Source of the DNA: Octopus sinensis
Lineage: Eukaryota
Length of the DNA stretch: 64,000 bases
Reading direction: 5' to 3'
Assembly (NCBI RefSeq): GCF_006345805.1
Contig: NC_043008.1
Location: 20,522,001-20,586,000, forward strand
Shown here: positions 39,694 through 51,250 of the stretch, piece after piece
How positions within the stretch are numbered: the first letter of the stretch is position 1
Layout of the letters: each line of letters starts with the position of its first letter
Program-made: the position numbers and the translations under genes
The notes under the pieces: generated by a model
The model's input: the letters and a program-made list of their open reading frames with translations, nothing else
What the model was told of the DNA's origin: nothing
The model's database searches: none

Positions 39694-39794
39694 TCTTTTA
39701 CTGATGAAGTGTGACCTATGGTAGACTAGCTTAATTTAATTTAATTAAGCTGGTCTATCATTAAAGACACTGAAACGATGCATCGTATAAAAGA
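39694..39794 (+). ncRNA. Intact type I hammerhead ribozyme with extended stem II
   Basis: Stem I TCTTTTA/TAAAAGA, core CTGATGA (39701-39707), stem II AGTGT/ACACT with an 18-bp hairpin insert, GAA, palindromic stem III ACGATGCATCGT, and GUA cleavage predicted after 39787. Confidence 0.85.
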
Positions 39795-39916
39795 TGAATT
39801 AGGGTAAATGTTTTTAAATTTTCACCTTATTTCCGAATTACACTACTTGGCGGTTGGAGTTCTGGCTGCTCTTTCTGGTGGACGAATGGCCTGTTTAGGC
39901 CATTCCTAAATTGTTA

Positions 39917-40015
<99 letters not shown>

Positions 40016-40561
40016 CTATATATATATATATATATATACGTATACATGCCCACATATACATACTTCTAGGTATATTAAATACCAGTTGCGTACTGGGGTC
40101 GATCTAATCAACAGGTTCCCTCCCCCAAAATTTTGGGCCTTGTGCCTTGAGTAGAAAAAATATGTATAGATTTATCTACTTAGAATTTTGATGTTCCCCC
40201 AAAAGGTATAGACACATTTATATATACATTATGTGAGTGTTTTTGTGTGTGTGTGTATGTGTATACGTGTCTATGTCCCTGTATGTGCTTGTTTATTTCG
40301 CTACCCTTGCTAATGACCGATTCAAAAGTAAATTTAATGGCCATGTCTACTAATGAAAGGACGCCTAAATTCATACGACTTTTCTCCATTAGTGACTTTC
40401 GTTAGGAGAGCAACATTCAGAAAAAAAACACATATAAAAGATTTCCCCGCATCTGTTTATAAATCTATATCGTTATTTGAGTGTATGCGTACGTCACCGT
40501 ACATTTAGAATTGTAGATGTTTGAGCAGATGGCACTGATATCGTTTGTATATATACTTTAC

Positions 40562-40584
40562 CATTGTCTGGCATAACATCACTC
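40562..40584 (-). CDS. Candidate 23-nt micro-exon (xSDVMPDNx)
   Basis: Good acceptor CTAATTATTTTCTCCCTAG| and donor |GTAAAG. The 3' phase is compatible with the 23379-23450 exon. No homology. Confidence 0.2.
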
Positions 40585-40946
40585 CTAGGGAGAAAATAAT
40601 TAGAGATTATTTCCGATCGTAAAAGCTTCGGCATACAAATTATGTATGTACGTGTGTGGCCTTGTCTATTTTTCATGCGGAGGCCTTCCTACGATATTGG
40701 TATGCATAACAGCTTGGGTTTTCGTCGTAGGGCGAACATTTCCAAAGATAAGATTTTTGGATACAGTTAGATTTAACTATATCAAAAGATTCTGACAGTC
40801 CAATTGATTTCCCCCGGCTTTGGTATTATTGCTTGAAAGAGTAGGTGAAACCGAGTATACCTATGCCCATTCGGTTCAATATATGGATATATATACATAC
40901 ACACTCGCAAACATACACACTTATACATACATATGCATGTATGTAT

Positions 40947-40990
<44 letters not shown>

Positions 40991-40995
<5 letters not shown>

Positions 40996-41523
40996 GATAC
41001 ATAGATACATAGTGCATGTGTATTTATGTGTATTTGTATGTATGTATGTATGTATGTATGCATGCATATGTATGTATGTATCTATGTATATACACACATT
41101 CTATATAATTCTGCTTTGTAATAGCAGGACCATTTGTAATTTGTTTTAACTTTGGAATCAAGGTTCCTTTGATAGGTAGATAGATAGATACATACATATA
41201 TAGATATAGATACAAATATACATGCCTAGCTATGCATATATAAGCAGTCATCTCTCTCTCCCTCTATCTATCTATCTATCTATCTACCAATCTATCTATC
41301 GATATACATATATACTCTCTTTTACTCCCTTACTTGTTTCAGTTATTTGACTACGGCCATCCTGGAGCACCGCCTTTTAGTCGAACACATCGAACCCAGG
41401 ACTTATTCTATCGGTGTCTTTGTCGAAATGCAAAGTGACATAAACACACCAACATAGGGTGTCAAACGATGGTGGGAGGACAAATACAAGAACGCAAACA
41501 CAGACACACATATATACATACAT

Positions 41524-41601
<78 letters not shown>

Positions 41602-42151
41602 ATATATATATACATAGATACATAGATACATAGTGCATGTGTATTTATGTGTATTTGTATGTATGTATGTATGTATGTATGCATGCATATGTATGTATGT
41701 ATCTATGTATATACACACATTCTATATAATTCTGCTTTGTAATAGCAGGACCATTTGTAATTTGTTTTAACTTTGGAATCAAGGTTCCTTTGATAGGTAG
41801 ATAGATAGATACATACATATATAGATATAGATACAAATATACATGCCTAGCTATGCATATATAAGCAGTCATCTCTCTCTCCTCTATCTATCTATCTATC
41901 TATCTACCAATCTATCTATCGATATACATATATACTCTCTTTTACTCCCTTACTTGTTTCAGTTATTTGACTACGGCCATCCTGGAGCACCGCCTTTTAG
42001 TCGAACACATCGAACCCAGGACTTATTCTATCGGTGTCTTTGTCGAAATGCAAAGTGACATAAACACACCAACATAGGGTGTCAAACGATGGTGGGAGGA
42101 CAAATACAAGAACGCAAACACAGACACACATATATACATACATACACACAC
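40991..42151. repeat. Near-perfect tandem duplication of a ~540 bp unique/SINE segment (period 620-621)
   Basis: 40991-41530 matches 41612-42151, with identical ORF-track peptides at 41024 and 41645 and one 1-bp indel seen. (TA)n lies at all three junctions. Confidence 0.95.
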
Positions 42152-42178
42152 ATATATATATATATATATAATATATAT

Positions 42179-42212
<34 letters not shown>

Positions 42213-42286
42213 CAAATATATATATATATATATATATATGAATAAATAAATAAATGGAGTTGAACGAAGATGTTAGCAAAATTCCT

Positions 42287-42374
42287 TTACTCTCGACATA
42301 TGTTTCGAAGACAACATCGTTTTATTCCAAAGAAATAAACGGTGTAAGATGCAATCTTCTCATCAGGAAAGCAA
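42287..42374 (-). ncRNA. Intact type I hammerhead ribozyme (left arm)
   Basis: Minus strand TTGCTTTC-CTGATGA-GAAGA...TCTTC-GAA-ACATATGT-C/GAGAGTAA, with GUC cleavage predicted after 42295. Confidence 0.85.
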
Positions 42375-42451
42375 GGGAGCCTCTCTCAACAACAAGACAA
42401 AATAATAGTGATCGTAATTATTATTTTGTATTGTTGTTGAGAGAGGCTCTC

Positions 42452-42539
42452 TTGCTTTCCTGATGAGAAGATTGCATCTTACACCGTTTATTCCTTTGGA
42501 ATAAAACCATGTTGTCTTCGAAACATATGTCGAGAGTAA
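42452..42539 (+). ncRNA. Intact type I hammerhead ribozyme (right arm)
   Basis: Stem I TTGCTTTC/GAGAGTAA (2 G-U pairs), core at 42460-42466, stem II GAAGA/TCTTC enclosing the hairpin TTTATTCC-TTT-GGAATAAA, stem III ACATATGT, and GUC cleavage predicted after 42531. Confidence 0.85.
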
Positions 42540-43256
42540 AGGAGTTTTGTTAACATCGTTCAACTCCATTTATTTATTAATTCATATATAACACACAAAT
42601 TTCTGCACATGAACTCGGAGTTTCTACCCTTGGATAGGTCGCTTCAACCGTGTTTCTGTCGTGAATTTGCCACCCTGTTATCGGTTCACCGAATTTTCCA
42701 TGTTGACGGTAAACATAGGATAATTCATACACATATTGCTATATATATATATATACGACGGTTTTCAGTTCGCGTCTACCAAATCCACTCACAAGGTTTT
42801 GGTCACTCCGAGGCTACATACACATACACACAAAACAGCCACGCGTATTTATATGCGTGTGTATGTAATTACGTGCGCATGTGCATTGTTGTAAATGTTT
42901 AACCCAACAGTTTCATTAGCTTCACATCGTTTGTGATAGCATATTAATTTACAAATTATATTTGTGGCATCATGTTTATGTAGAAGCTTTCTGTCTCATA
43001 TCATTTTTTTTTTTTTTGATGAGAAGACATTTAATTCCTGTGAGATATTATATTAATTGTAGTTTATGATTCAGTTTATTGCTGTGTTCTGTTTGATGAG
43101 GTGTTTTATACTGTTTTCAATTATTTTATATAACCAGGGCGTATATCTTTCAAGCAATACTTGTGCATGCGATATTTTATTGCTACTGTGTTTCGTATCT
43201 GTTGAACTTAATATAACGTTAAATGCTGTTCGGCATTATTCTATAGCCCGATCTAC

Positions 43257-43310
<54 letters not shown>

Positions 43311-43469
43311 TAGCGTTTGATTTCTTATTTGTGATATATAGTACACATTTCATTGGTAGTACGTAAAAGCTGTTTACAGTACTAATTTTATTACAAACAC
43401 TAACATAATCTCCATCGGCATTCCATTCTTAAACTCGTGCTTATGTAGGCTAACATCAGAATAATGACT

Positions 43470-43850
43470 GTCGACAAAAATGAAATTTCGTTTTCCGCTG
43501 TTTCCGCGATTCCCATGACTCTCTGTCGCCATTCGATTCCATTGTTTTTGTTGTTTGTTCCTTCTCGAGCCACGTCTGGCTCATTAGGACCGGTTTCCTG
43601 GTTTTCTTGGAGTATAGGTTCCCCACCTGAACAAGACGCCGGTCCGTCGCAGGTGAGCTGCAAGATGCAGGAGGAAAGAGTGAGAGAAATTTGTGGTGAA
43701 AGAGTCAGAAGTTCGCCATTACCTTCTGCCGGAGCCGCGTGGAGCTTAGGTGTTTCGCTCAGAAACACATACATCACCCGGTCTGAGATTCGAACCTGCG
43801 ATCCCTCAACCGCGTGTCCGTTGCTCTAACCGCTAAGCCATGTACCTCCA
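43470..43850 (-). mobile_element. tRNA-derived SINE with intact Pol III boxes and V-domain-like body
   Basis: Minus strand TGGCTTAGCGG (A box) and GGTTCGAATC (B box), then CTCTTTCACCACAAATTTCTCTCACTCTTTCC, then CACCTGCGACGGACCGGCGTCTTGTTCAGG resembling the V-SINE domain. Confidence 0.8.
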
Positions 43851-43899
43851 TATTGGATTCCATTAGGATTTGGAGTTTGAGTCATAATGAACCTGGCAT

Positions 43900-44195
43900 T
43901 AGCTGATTGCACAACCATGGATGCCATCCCTACGGATACGTTGCAGTTACTCTCTTGGTAGAGTATGGTGATCCTGACCGGTTATCTTCTAGTATTCCTC
44001 CACTCAACATCAATGTAAGAAGTACCATTGTCTCAAATGTGATCGTCTGCTACCTCTTCACAATCCACCATGCTGCACTGCCGTGATTTCACCGTGTTCC
44101 TAGACGGGCGATTGAAAGGATGCTATGCCTTGCAAAAGGGCAGCTCGTATGTTTGCAGATACTCTCTCGATCTCGGAAAGCATCACTACTCCATA
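43900..44195 (+). pseudogene. Decayed RTE/BovB-like RT C-terminal fragment
   Basis: LNIN..TIVSN..V...LP*FHRVPRRAIERML..AKGQL..SRSR aligns to L.I.W.D.VSN..V..LRWFGHV.RM..ER.P..LL.G.L..RSR. Confidence 0.45.
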
Positions 44196-44209
44196 CACCC
44201 ATGTATGTG

Positions 44210-44246
<37 letters not shown>

Positions 44247-44265
44247 TGTGTGTGTGTGTATTTAT

Positions 44266-44472
44266 GTTTCTTTACTGCCCACAAGGGGCTAAACATAGAG
44301 GGGGAAAACAAGGACCGACAAGGAGATTAAGTCGATCACATCCACCCCGGTGCGAAACTCGTACTTTATTTATCGACCCCGAAAGAATGAAAGGCAAATT
44401 CGACCTCGGCGGAATTTGAACTCAGAATGTAACAACAGCCCGGCGTGCTAACGTTTCTGCCAGCTCGCCGCC
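44266..44472 (-). mobile_element. Nin/Deu-like SINE, near full length
   Basis: Reverse complement from the GGCGGCGAGCTGGCAGAAACGTTAGC head to the GTGGGCAGTAAAGAAA tail. Confidence 0.88.
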
Positions 44473-44627
44473 ATATGTATGTGTATACATATATTACTGG
44501 TGTACAACAGGATAGGACTTTGTTCGGACAAGTAGTTAATAACTTTCTAAAGATGTCTGTTGGTTTAGTGACGACTAAATTGTGTCTTATGTCTTTGCGT
44601 TTCTCTTTTTTATCTCAATTATTTCAG

Positions 44628-44711
44628 CAACGGCGACTTTGGTTAAGAAGACACTCAGTCTTACAAAGAATGAGATGCGGGTTCGCATCACACCCTAATA
44701 CTCGCTTATAA
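44628..44711 (+). other. Candidate plus-strand terminal exon (QRRLWLRRHSVLQRMRCGFASHPNTRL* or xTATLVKKTLSLTKNEMRVRITP*)
   Basis: Long polypyrimidine tract TCTTTGCGTTTCTCTTTTTTATCTCAATTATTTCAG| followed by CpG-containing unique sequence. No partner exon or homology identified. Confidence 0.25.
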
Positions 44712-45387
44712 TGATAGAAATTCTCATTCGTAATTACAATATCTACAATTTTTGCGTAAGGTAACTAATTAGTGTTATGTTATATTGGTTACAAAAATTA
44801 GTGCCAAAGACAATCCAATATTAAATTTTAAATATTGATGCGTAAAAAAAAAATTATAAACTAACCCCACCTAACTGAAACTACAGAATAAAGTCAACCA
44901 AGAGCCAGATGGTAGTGTTTAATTGAATGACAAATGGACTTGTATATTCACCCTCAAATATAAGTCGTTTTATCCACAGTTTCTGCCAGCCAAGTTTCAC
45001 TCATAATTTTTTTTTTTTTTTCGAGCAAAATCTATTTTAGAAGATAATCGACCATCGTACTGCGCACAGCGGTCGATAATTGAAGTTACGTCATTACAAA
45101 GTGAATTTCAAAAATGACACAGTCTTGCATGTACTTGTAGCACCGGTTTACTGCGAATAGGCCAGCTATATGTCTGTGAGTAGGATCACAGAATAGAACA
45201 CATATACAGCACATCAGTAATAAGCACTTTTACGCATAGAATTTGTGCGCGCATACACACAAACATACGCATATACGCATACACACAAACATACGCATAC
45301 ACACATACGCATATACACACTGAAACACGCACACATACATATATATGTGCATATATAGATAGACAGACAGGCAGACAGATAGTTAGT

Positions 45388-45488
<101 letters not shown>

Positions 45489-46164
45489 GAACGAGCACCT
45501 GAACACTCCTGTATATAAATTAAGTATGATACACACAGACAGTTCTTTTAAGCTAATACAGCTTCTTTTGAATATAACTGATAGATACATACGTGTGTGT
45601 ATGTGTATATATATATATATATTTATGTGTCTGTGTGTGTAAATTATATACCATCATACATACTTAATTAAGTCATTATAAATACTTCTAGTAGACCATA
45701 TGTATTATCTGTGGCTCAGCAGGCAAACTCCTGTTGCTCTGAAAGTATACGTAAGTTCCTTCTTCTCCGCGTTCAAAGGAAAACCCATTAGTTTAAAGTG
45801 TTTACGTTACTTCCAGTAGAGCACTTTGTATAAAATGGTATCATTGATATCCATGTAAGTGATTTTTTTTCTTACGTTAAGCAATGAGTCTTTATACTGA
45901 TAAACAATTTCAATGCATTCACTGATTACGTACAAAATATGAACGCAATCCTAAATACAACCCTTTAAATCTCTGCAAATCTGACACACAGATTTAGGCT
46001 AGACATCCATCTAATTGCAAGTGAATTTATTTAGTTTTTTTACTATAAGCAAAGATTTTTTGGAGAGACGTTTAGCACTCCCCTTGACGAGGACGGCAGA
46101 GATCAATCGATCTTTCTAATACATCTGAGCATTGCTCTCTACTTTAGAGCAACCTATTTCTTAT

Positions 46165-46760
46165 GGTGTAGGAGTGGCTGTGTGGTACGTAGCTTGCTTA
46201 CCAACTGCATGGTTCCAGGTTCAGTTCAACTGCTTGGCACCTTGGGCAAGTGTCTTCTATTATAGCCTTGGGTCGACCAAAGCCTGGTGAGTGGATTTCG
46301 TAGACGGAAACTGAACGAAGCCCGTCGTATATATGTATATATATAAATATGTGTGTGTGGGGGGGGGCGCTCTGTTATGTCCTCTGATTGTACTTAGTTC
46401 AATTCCTGCTGAGATCAACTTTGACTTTTATACATCTCGAGTCGATAAAAATATATTACCCGGCAAGTACTGGGGTATATAGCCGACAGACCCCTTTCAT
46501 CTCATAATTTAAAGCTTTGTATTTAATTTGAAGCGACTAATTATTTTGCTATCCACAAGGCGGTGAACTGGCAGAATCGTTAGAGTATCGAATAACCGTA
46601 TGGTAGCATTTGTTCCAGATATTTACGATCTGAGTATAATTGTAAATCCTGACAAGGACAATTTTTGTCTTCCATATTTTAGGTATCAATAAAATAAAGT
46701 ACCCTCAAAACTGCTGACCTTGTGCCCAAATCCGAAATCATTGATATTATCATTGCTACG
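46165..46760 (+). mobile_element. CORE-like SINE 5' half (46165-46345) followed by diverged Nin-like copies
   Basis: GGTGTAGGAGTGGCTGTGTGG...CCTTGGGCAAGTGTCTTC...AAGCCCGTCG, then GTTCAATTCCTGCTGAGATCAACTTTG and GGCGGTGAACTGGCAGAATCGTTAG. Confidence 0.8.
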
Positions 46761-47126
46761 ATGCAGGTTTGGCAGAATCCTTAGAATGTCAAACAACATG
46801 TCTTCATGCATTTCTTTCTGGCCTTTATGAATGTAGGCCCAAATCCCACCAAGCTCAATTTTACCTTTCGGCCATCTGTGATTCAGGAAATAAATACAAG
46901 TCAAATTTCACTCTAATTAGGTCACGCTGAAAAGAATTAAGCCCTAAGGCAAGTTTTAGTGTTTAATTCATTGAAAAACAATTAATCTCAACATTATTAT
47001 TGTTGTTTCTTCTGCAACAGTAAAGTAGATTTAGTTACAAAACATTTCTTTTTAAATTTACATGTATATGAATACTATATTACGCAGAATATCGGTAATT
47101 CTGAAACATGCCGAAGATATATATAT

Positions 47127-47200
<74 letters not shown>

Positions 47201-47319
47201 CAATACCAGAGGATATATAATACCAATACCTTTTCTTCTTTCATTTCCCTTTCTTTGGGTTTCGTTTAAATATTATTACTTGTTTTATAATCGCAAATTT
47301 TATTCATGATTTGACCTTT

Positions 47320-47900
47320 GTAGTTACCAAAGTCTAGAAGAAAACAGGAAACGTTTGGCTAGAATTTCATGTTTTAAAACACAAATTCCTATAAATAATA
47401 GAACTATTTGTATGTCCTCACATGACATTCTTGTTATTTCACTCTCAATGGCATTTATCTTCAGAGACTTTTTTAAAGCTCATTTACTACAATATTGCTT
47501 CCATTCTGGTACATGACAACAGTTAATGTAACCACCTGGATTTCTTATTTCAACAATAATAACTCGATTGAGTAATTCTTATTTCTAATGTTTGTATGTA
47601 CTTAGACATCACAGGAAGTATATAATTTTATTTACTGCAATTGTTTTGTGGCAGGCTTATGGCATTTTGTTATGTAATTTCAGCATTAGTTTCTTACATA
47701 AGTACCTGGCCAGTGTATAACCGAGCCTATATGCAGTATTCTATATTCTGCTTTACAACGCACCTCTGATAATGTCTAATTGCGAGACACTGGTTTCTTC
47801 TGTCGTGTGTGTACCTTGGATCAAGGTTTTCTCTGTTGTTTGTTAAAGCCTACATTAGTTTTCCTTTTAAAATATTGTCCTTGAATAGATTTCAGATTAT
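47320..47900 (-). pseudogene. Highly decayed Gypsy-like integrase remnant
   Basis: Frameshifted SKVHT / IGSVIHWPG...NYITKCHK resembles the integrase zinc-binding H..GH.G...AR.SV.WPG....Y+..C..C region. Weak. Confidence 0.35.
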
Positions 47901-48519
47901 CTGTTGTAATTACGTAATTACGTTCTCTGATTGATTGCTGATTTTCACTCGATCTGCCTGAGCCAAATCATTCTCAAATCATTACCTTATTTTAAAAGGA
48001 ACGAAACAGTTGCTTATATAATACAAAAACGGCAATGTTAGAATCGTAAAATAAAACAATATTTTCGTCACACATCTACTTTATCAAGATTCAGACGTGT
48101 CTATTAAACGAGAGACTAGGTATTTAATGTGTTATGAATGTATTTTGTTTTCAACTTTTTCAAGAACATTTCTTACAAAGTTTACTCATTCATCATTCTG
48201 CTTCTTAGAATCATTCTTTTAGAAAACAGAGCAGACGACACTGAAATAGAATTTAAATTTTGGCATAATTTCAAATGAAACGAGTTGGTGGGAAAAGATA
48301 TTTCTACTTCGAGAAACATATTTTCAGAATACATTCTTTTGTTCTTTCATCATGGTCAAGTTATTTTTATGGAGGAATCAGAACAAGATATTAAAGGTTA
48401 AGAGGCACTCAGAAGCGTTTTACACAGTGTTGTCTTATTCTTCCAATCAGGACTCACGCCATTAGCCACAAGAATAATCTCTAATTCGAGCCTACTCTAA
48501 GCTACTAAGAATGTGTGAG

Positions 48520-48861
48520 GCAACTTGAAGATCCACCCACCACACGCGATAGACTGGCGGTTGCACGGGCGTGAAAGCTACGTTGTTATGCTCATTCCGT
48601 AAACGGTGGCTTTTAACGGCTGGAGAGCTGAACCATCCTGGGGTACTGAAGATTCGCAATCTAGACTAGGGTTTGAAAGTTTACCACACCATAATGGGTT
48701 ACACCATGGTTCATCTGTTTTGTGGCAGAAGTAGGAAGAAAGAGTGAGAGGAAGTTGTGGTGAAAGAGTACCACGGGGTTCAAAACCCACCCACCACCCA
48801 CTGGAGCCTCGTTCTTACGACTGCGCGTCCTCTGCCCGAAATATGCGCCATTGCGCCTCCA
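48520..48861 (-). mobile_element. SINE sharing the 5' module of the 43470-43850 element, with a different body
   Basis: GGAGGCGCAATGG head (internally deleted) plus CTCTTTCACCACAACTTCCTCTCACTCTTTCTTCC; the downstream body is unrelated to 43470-43650. Confidence 0.7.
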
Positions 48862-48946
48862 CCAAAGTTGTGGTTTATGCCGCGGTCACTGCTCTAAAAG
48901 TAAAGGACTAGGAATACATTACATCATCCAACAATTCCTAACAATT

Positions 48947-49070
48947 TATGAAGGGTGTATGAAAAGTTTTCAGTCTTCAAGTCCTTTCAGCCTTGAAGCC
49001 TTGAAGGTACGAGTCTTGTACAATGTTTTTTTTTTGTTTGAAACTCAAGACTTTTCATACACCACACGTA
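48947..49070. mobile_element. Mariner-like MITE with TA target duplication
   Basis: TA|TGAAGGGTGTATGAAAAGTTTTCAG ... CTCAAGACTTTTCATACACCACACG|TA: ~25 bp imperfect TIRs and a 120 bp body. Confidence 0.7.
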
Positions 49071-49254
49071 TGATGAAAGATGGTAAATTATAATTTGTTA
49101 AGGAATCACGTGTTGTTTCTCACAGGTTTTAGCACACCACCCAAAAACGCAATTAGCTTTGTTTCATGTAGTTACATTCACTCTAGACAAGTTTATGAAA
49201 CAGGTACATATTTAAACAGATAACTAGGTGTGCGCACGCGTCATATGTAATATT

Positions 49255-49930
49255 GGTTTCCAGTTTTGGCGCAGGACCAAAAGTTTAGAGAAGGTAGTAG
49301 GTCGAATACATCAACCCCAGTGCTCAACTGGTACTTATCTTATTGACTCCGAAATATAAAAGCCAAAGTCGACCTCGGCAGAATTTGAACTGCGAACGTA
49401 AAGTCTGAAGAACTGACATTAAGCATTTTGTCCGATATGCTAACGATTCTGTCAACCCGCCGCCTTATGTGCCATATGTAATATTGATTGTGTGATGTGA
49501 AGATCTTCATGCAGTACCTGTAGAAGTATATTGTGTACTGGAGTGATGAGCGTAATTAAAAAGTAATTAGTTCATACTTCTAATGGTCACCAGATTATCT
49601 TTCAACTAAATTATATTTTTGCGTATAAAGTTGTTTTACGTAAGTACAAGGTCAGAAAGTTTGAGGAGGCTTAGGTGTGGCTCTGTGGTAAGAAGCTTGC
49701 TTTTCAAACACATGGTTGCGGGTTCAGTCCCACTCCGGGAAACCTTAGGCAAGTGTCCTCTGCTATACCTACGGATCAACCAAAGCATTGTGAACGGACT
49801 TGGTAGGTGGAAACCAAAAGAAGCCCGTCGTATGTGTGTGTGCGTGCGTGTGTATGTGTTATGTTTCTGTATTTAAGCGGTGCCCCAGTCTGGCCGCAGT
49901 CAAATATCTGAAGTAAGTAAAAGATAAAAG
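49255..49930. mobile_element. Nin-like SINE (49255-49470 -) and internally deleted CORE-like SINE (49665-49930 +)
   Basis: Family motifs are visible. The CORE-like copy jumps from the microsatellite directly to GCGGTGCCCCAGTCTGGCCGCAGTC. Confidence 0.8.
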
Positions 49931-50899
49931 ATAAATCATGTCAGTTATATTAACCTTGTTCCCAGACGTCGGTGAATATTAAACTTGCGAAGCTGACTAT
50001 GACAGAACGAAGACAAAGAAAACACCAACAATACAGTCCAGCTATTATAGTTGTATATTCATGTATAAGCGTATGCATTTATGTATATAGGAATCTATGT
50101 ATATTTGTGTGTAGTTATGGATATATGTCTATGTTTGGTCTGTCCAATATTCTACAATATTATTTATATTATTTATTTTACTCATTCAGTAAGATAAATT
50201 TCCATCTGGCATTGTCTGAATTTCGAAGCATCTTTAAAGTTTTCCTTGCGGATCAATTCCTTCTGTATATTCTTTATAGTTCTTTCAGCATTTTCTTTTA
50301 AATTGTAACCATTTGAATGATATATCATGTAAGTTGATAATTTTAAATATTTTGCTGTCATTTTTTTTTCTTTTTGAGATTCAATCTTTAATGATTTGAG
50401 AAAAAAACAATGTCATTAACTGACAGCGAGCAATTCAGTGGTATCGACAGCTGAATAAAAAAAAAACTGTGTAATTGTATTTAGAGATTAATCATCGACT
50501 TTTCAGTAAACTGCTAAGAATACAAAACTTTAAAAAAATGTTTCAGTAATTTTAAAATCAGCCATTTTAACGGTATTGTCTAGGTTCGCGGTTTTACTGA
50601 AAAATAGATTCTGAAGGCAGAAAAAAGTATTAGTGACAGCATAGCATGACATGATAGTAGTACTGTAACGTTTATCAATATTGTAAAAGAATTTGGTGAC
50701 GAGATACAAGTACACACGGTTTTTAAACCAATGAATTCTGGTGAAGAAGAACGATGATGTTTCAACCTTCTAAAACTAAATTCGGGAGTTTGTATCGATT
50801 GTTAACAGCTAGGTATGAATAAAACAACTAAAATAATGCGGTTCTGAGATGCAAGTAATTCCAGTATTCCCAATCGTCACACACCGCACGACATTAACG

Positions 50900-51201
50900 C
50901 TGGATAGCAAGTAAACGAAGCCATATACGTCCTCCGTTGATACTCTTGAAGGCATGGCGATACATATCCAGTACACGGTTTTCTATGAAGGGTGGACTAT
51001 GTTGTTCGTACACACATAATATATATCCCTTTGCGATTGTTATGCCATGGTCAGCTTTAACTCAAATTCATGGTGCATGACCTCTCATTGATATAACCAC
51101 CTCCAGAGATCTCTCACCAGAATTTCAAGCATTGCGCAATTGTAAAAACATCCACATCTTCCTCCTCCGCTTCCCCTCTTCCCCTCCTCCTTCTTCTGTT
51201 T

Positions 51202-51250
<49 letters not shown>

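Larger units (their letters stand above)
42233..42590. repeat. Long inverted repeat (~175 bp arms, ~7 nt loop)
   Basis: 42233-42409 is the reverse complement of 42417-42590 with about 8 differences by manual comparison. Confidence 0.95.

Noticed and set aside
43770-43850. Functional tRNA gene
   Set aside because: A and B boxes are present, but there is no closing acceptor stem and the sequence runs into a SINE body.
47812-47850. Minus-strand exon ALTNNRENLDP phase-compatible with the 40562 micro-exon
   Set aside because: The acceptor lacks a pyrimidine tract, the donor is weak, and it overlaps a probable Gypsy integrase relic.
48640-48690. CTGAAGA...GAAAGTT hammerhead-like spacing
   Set aside because: No stem II pairing, and stem III is too short and non-palindromic.
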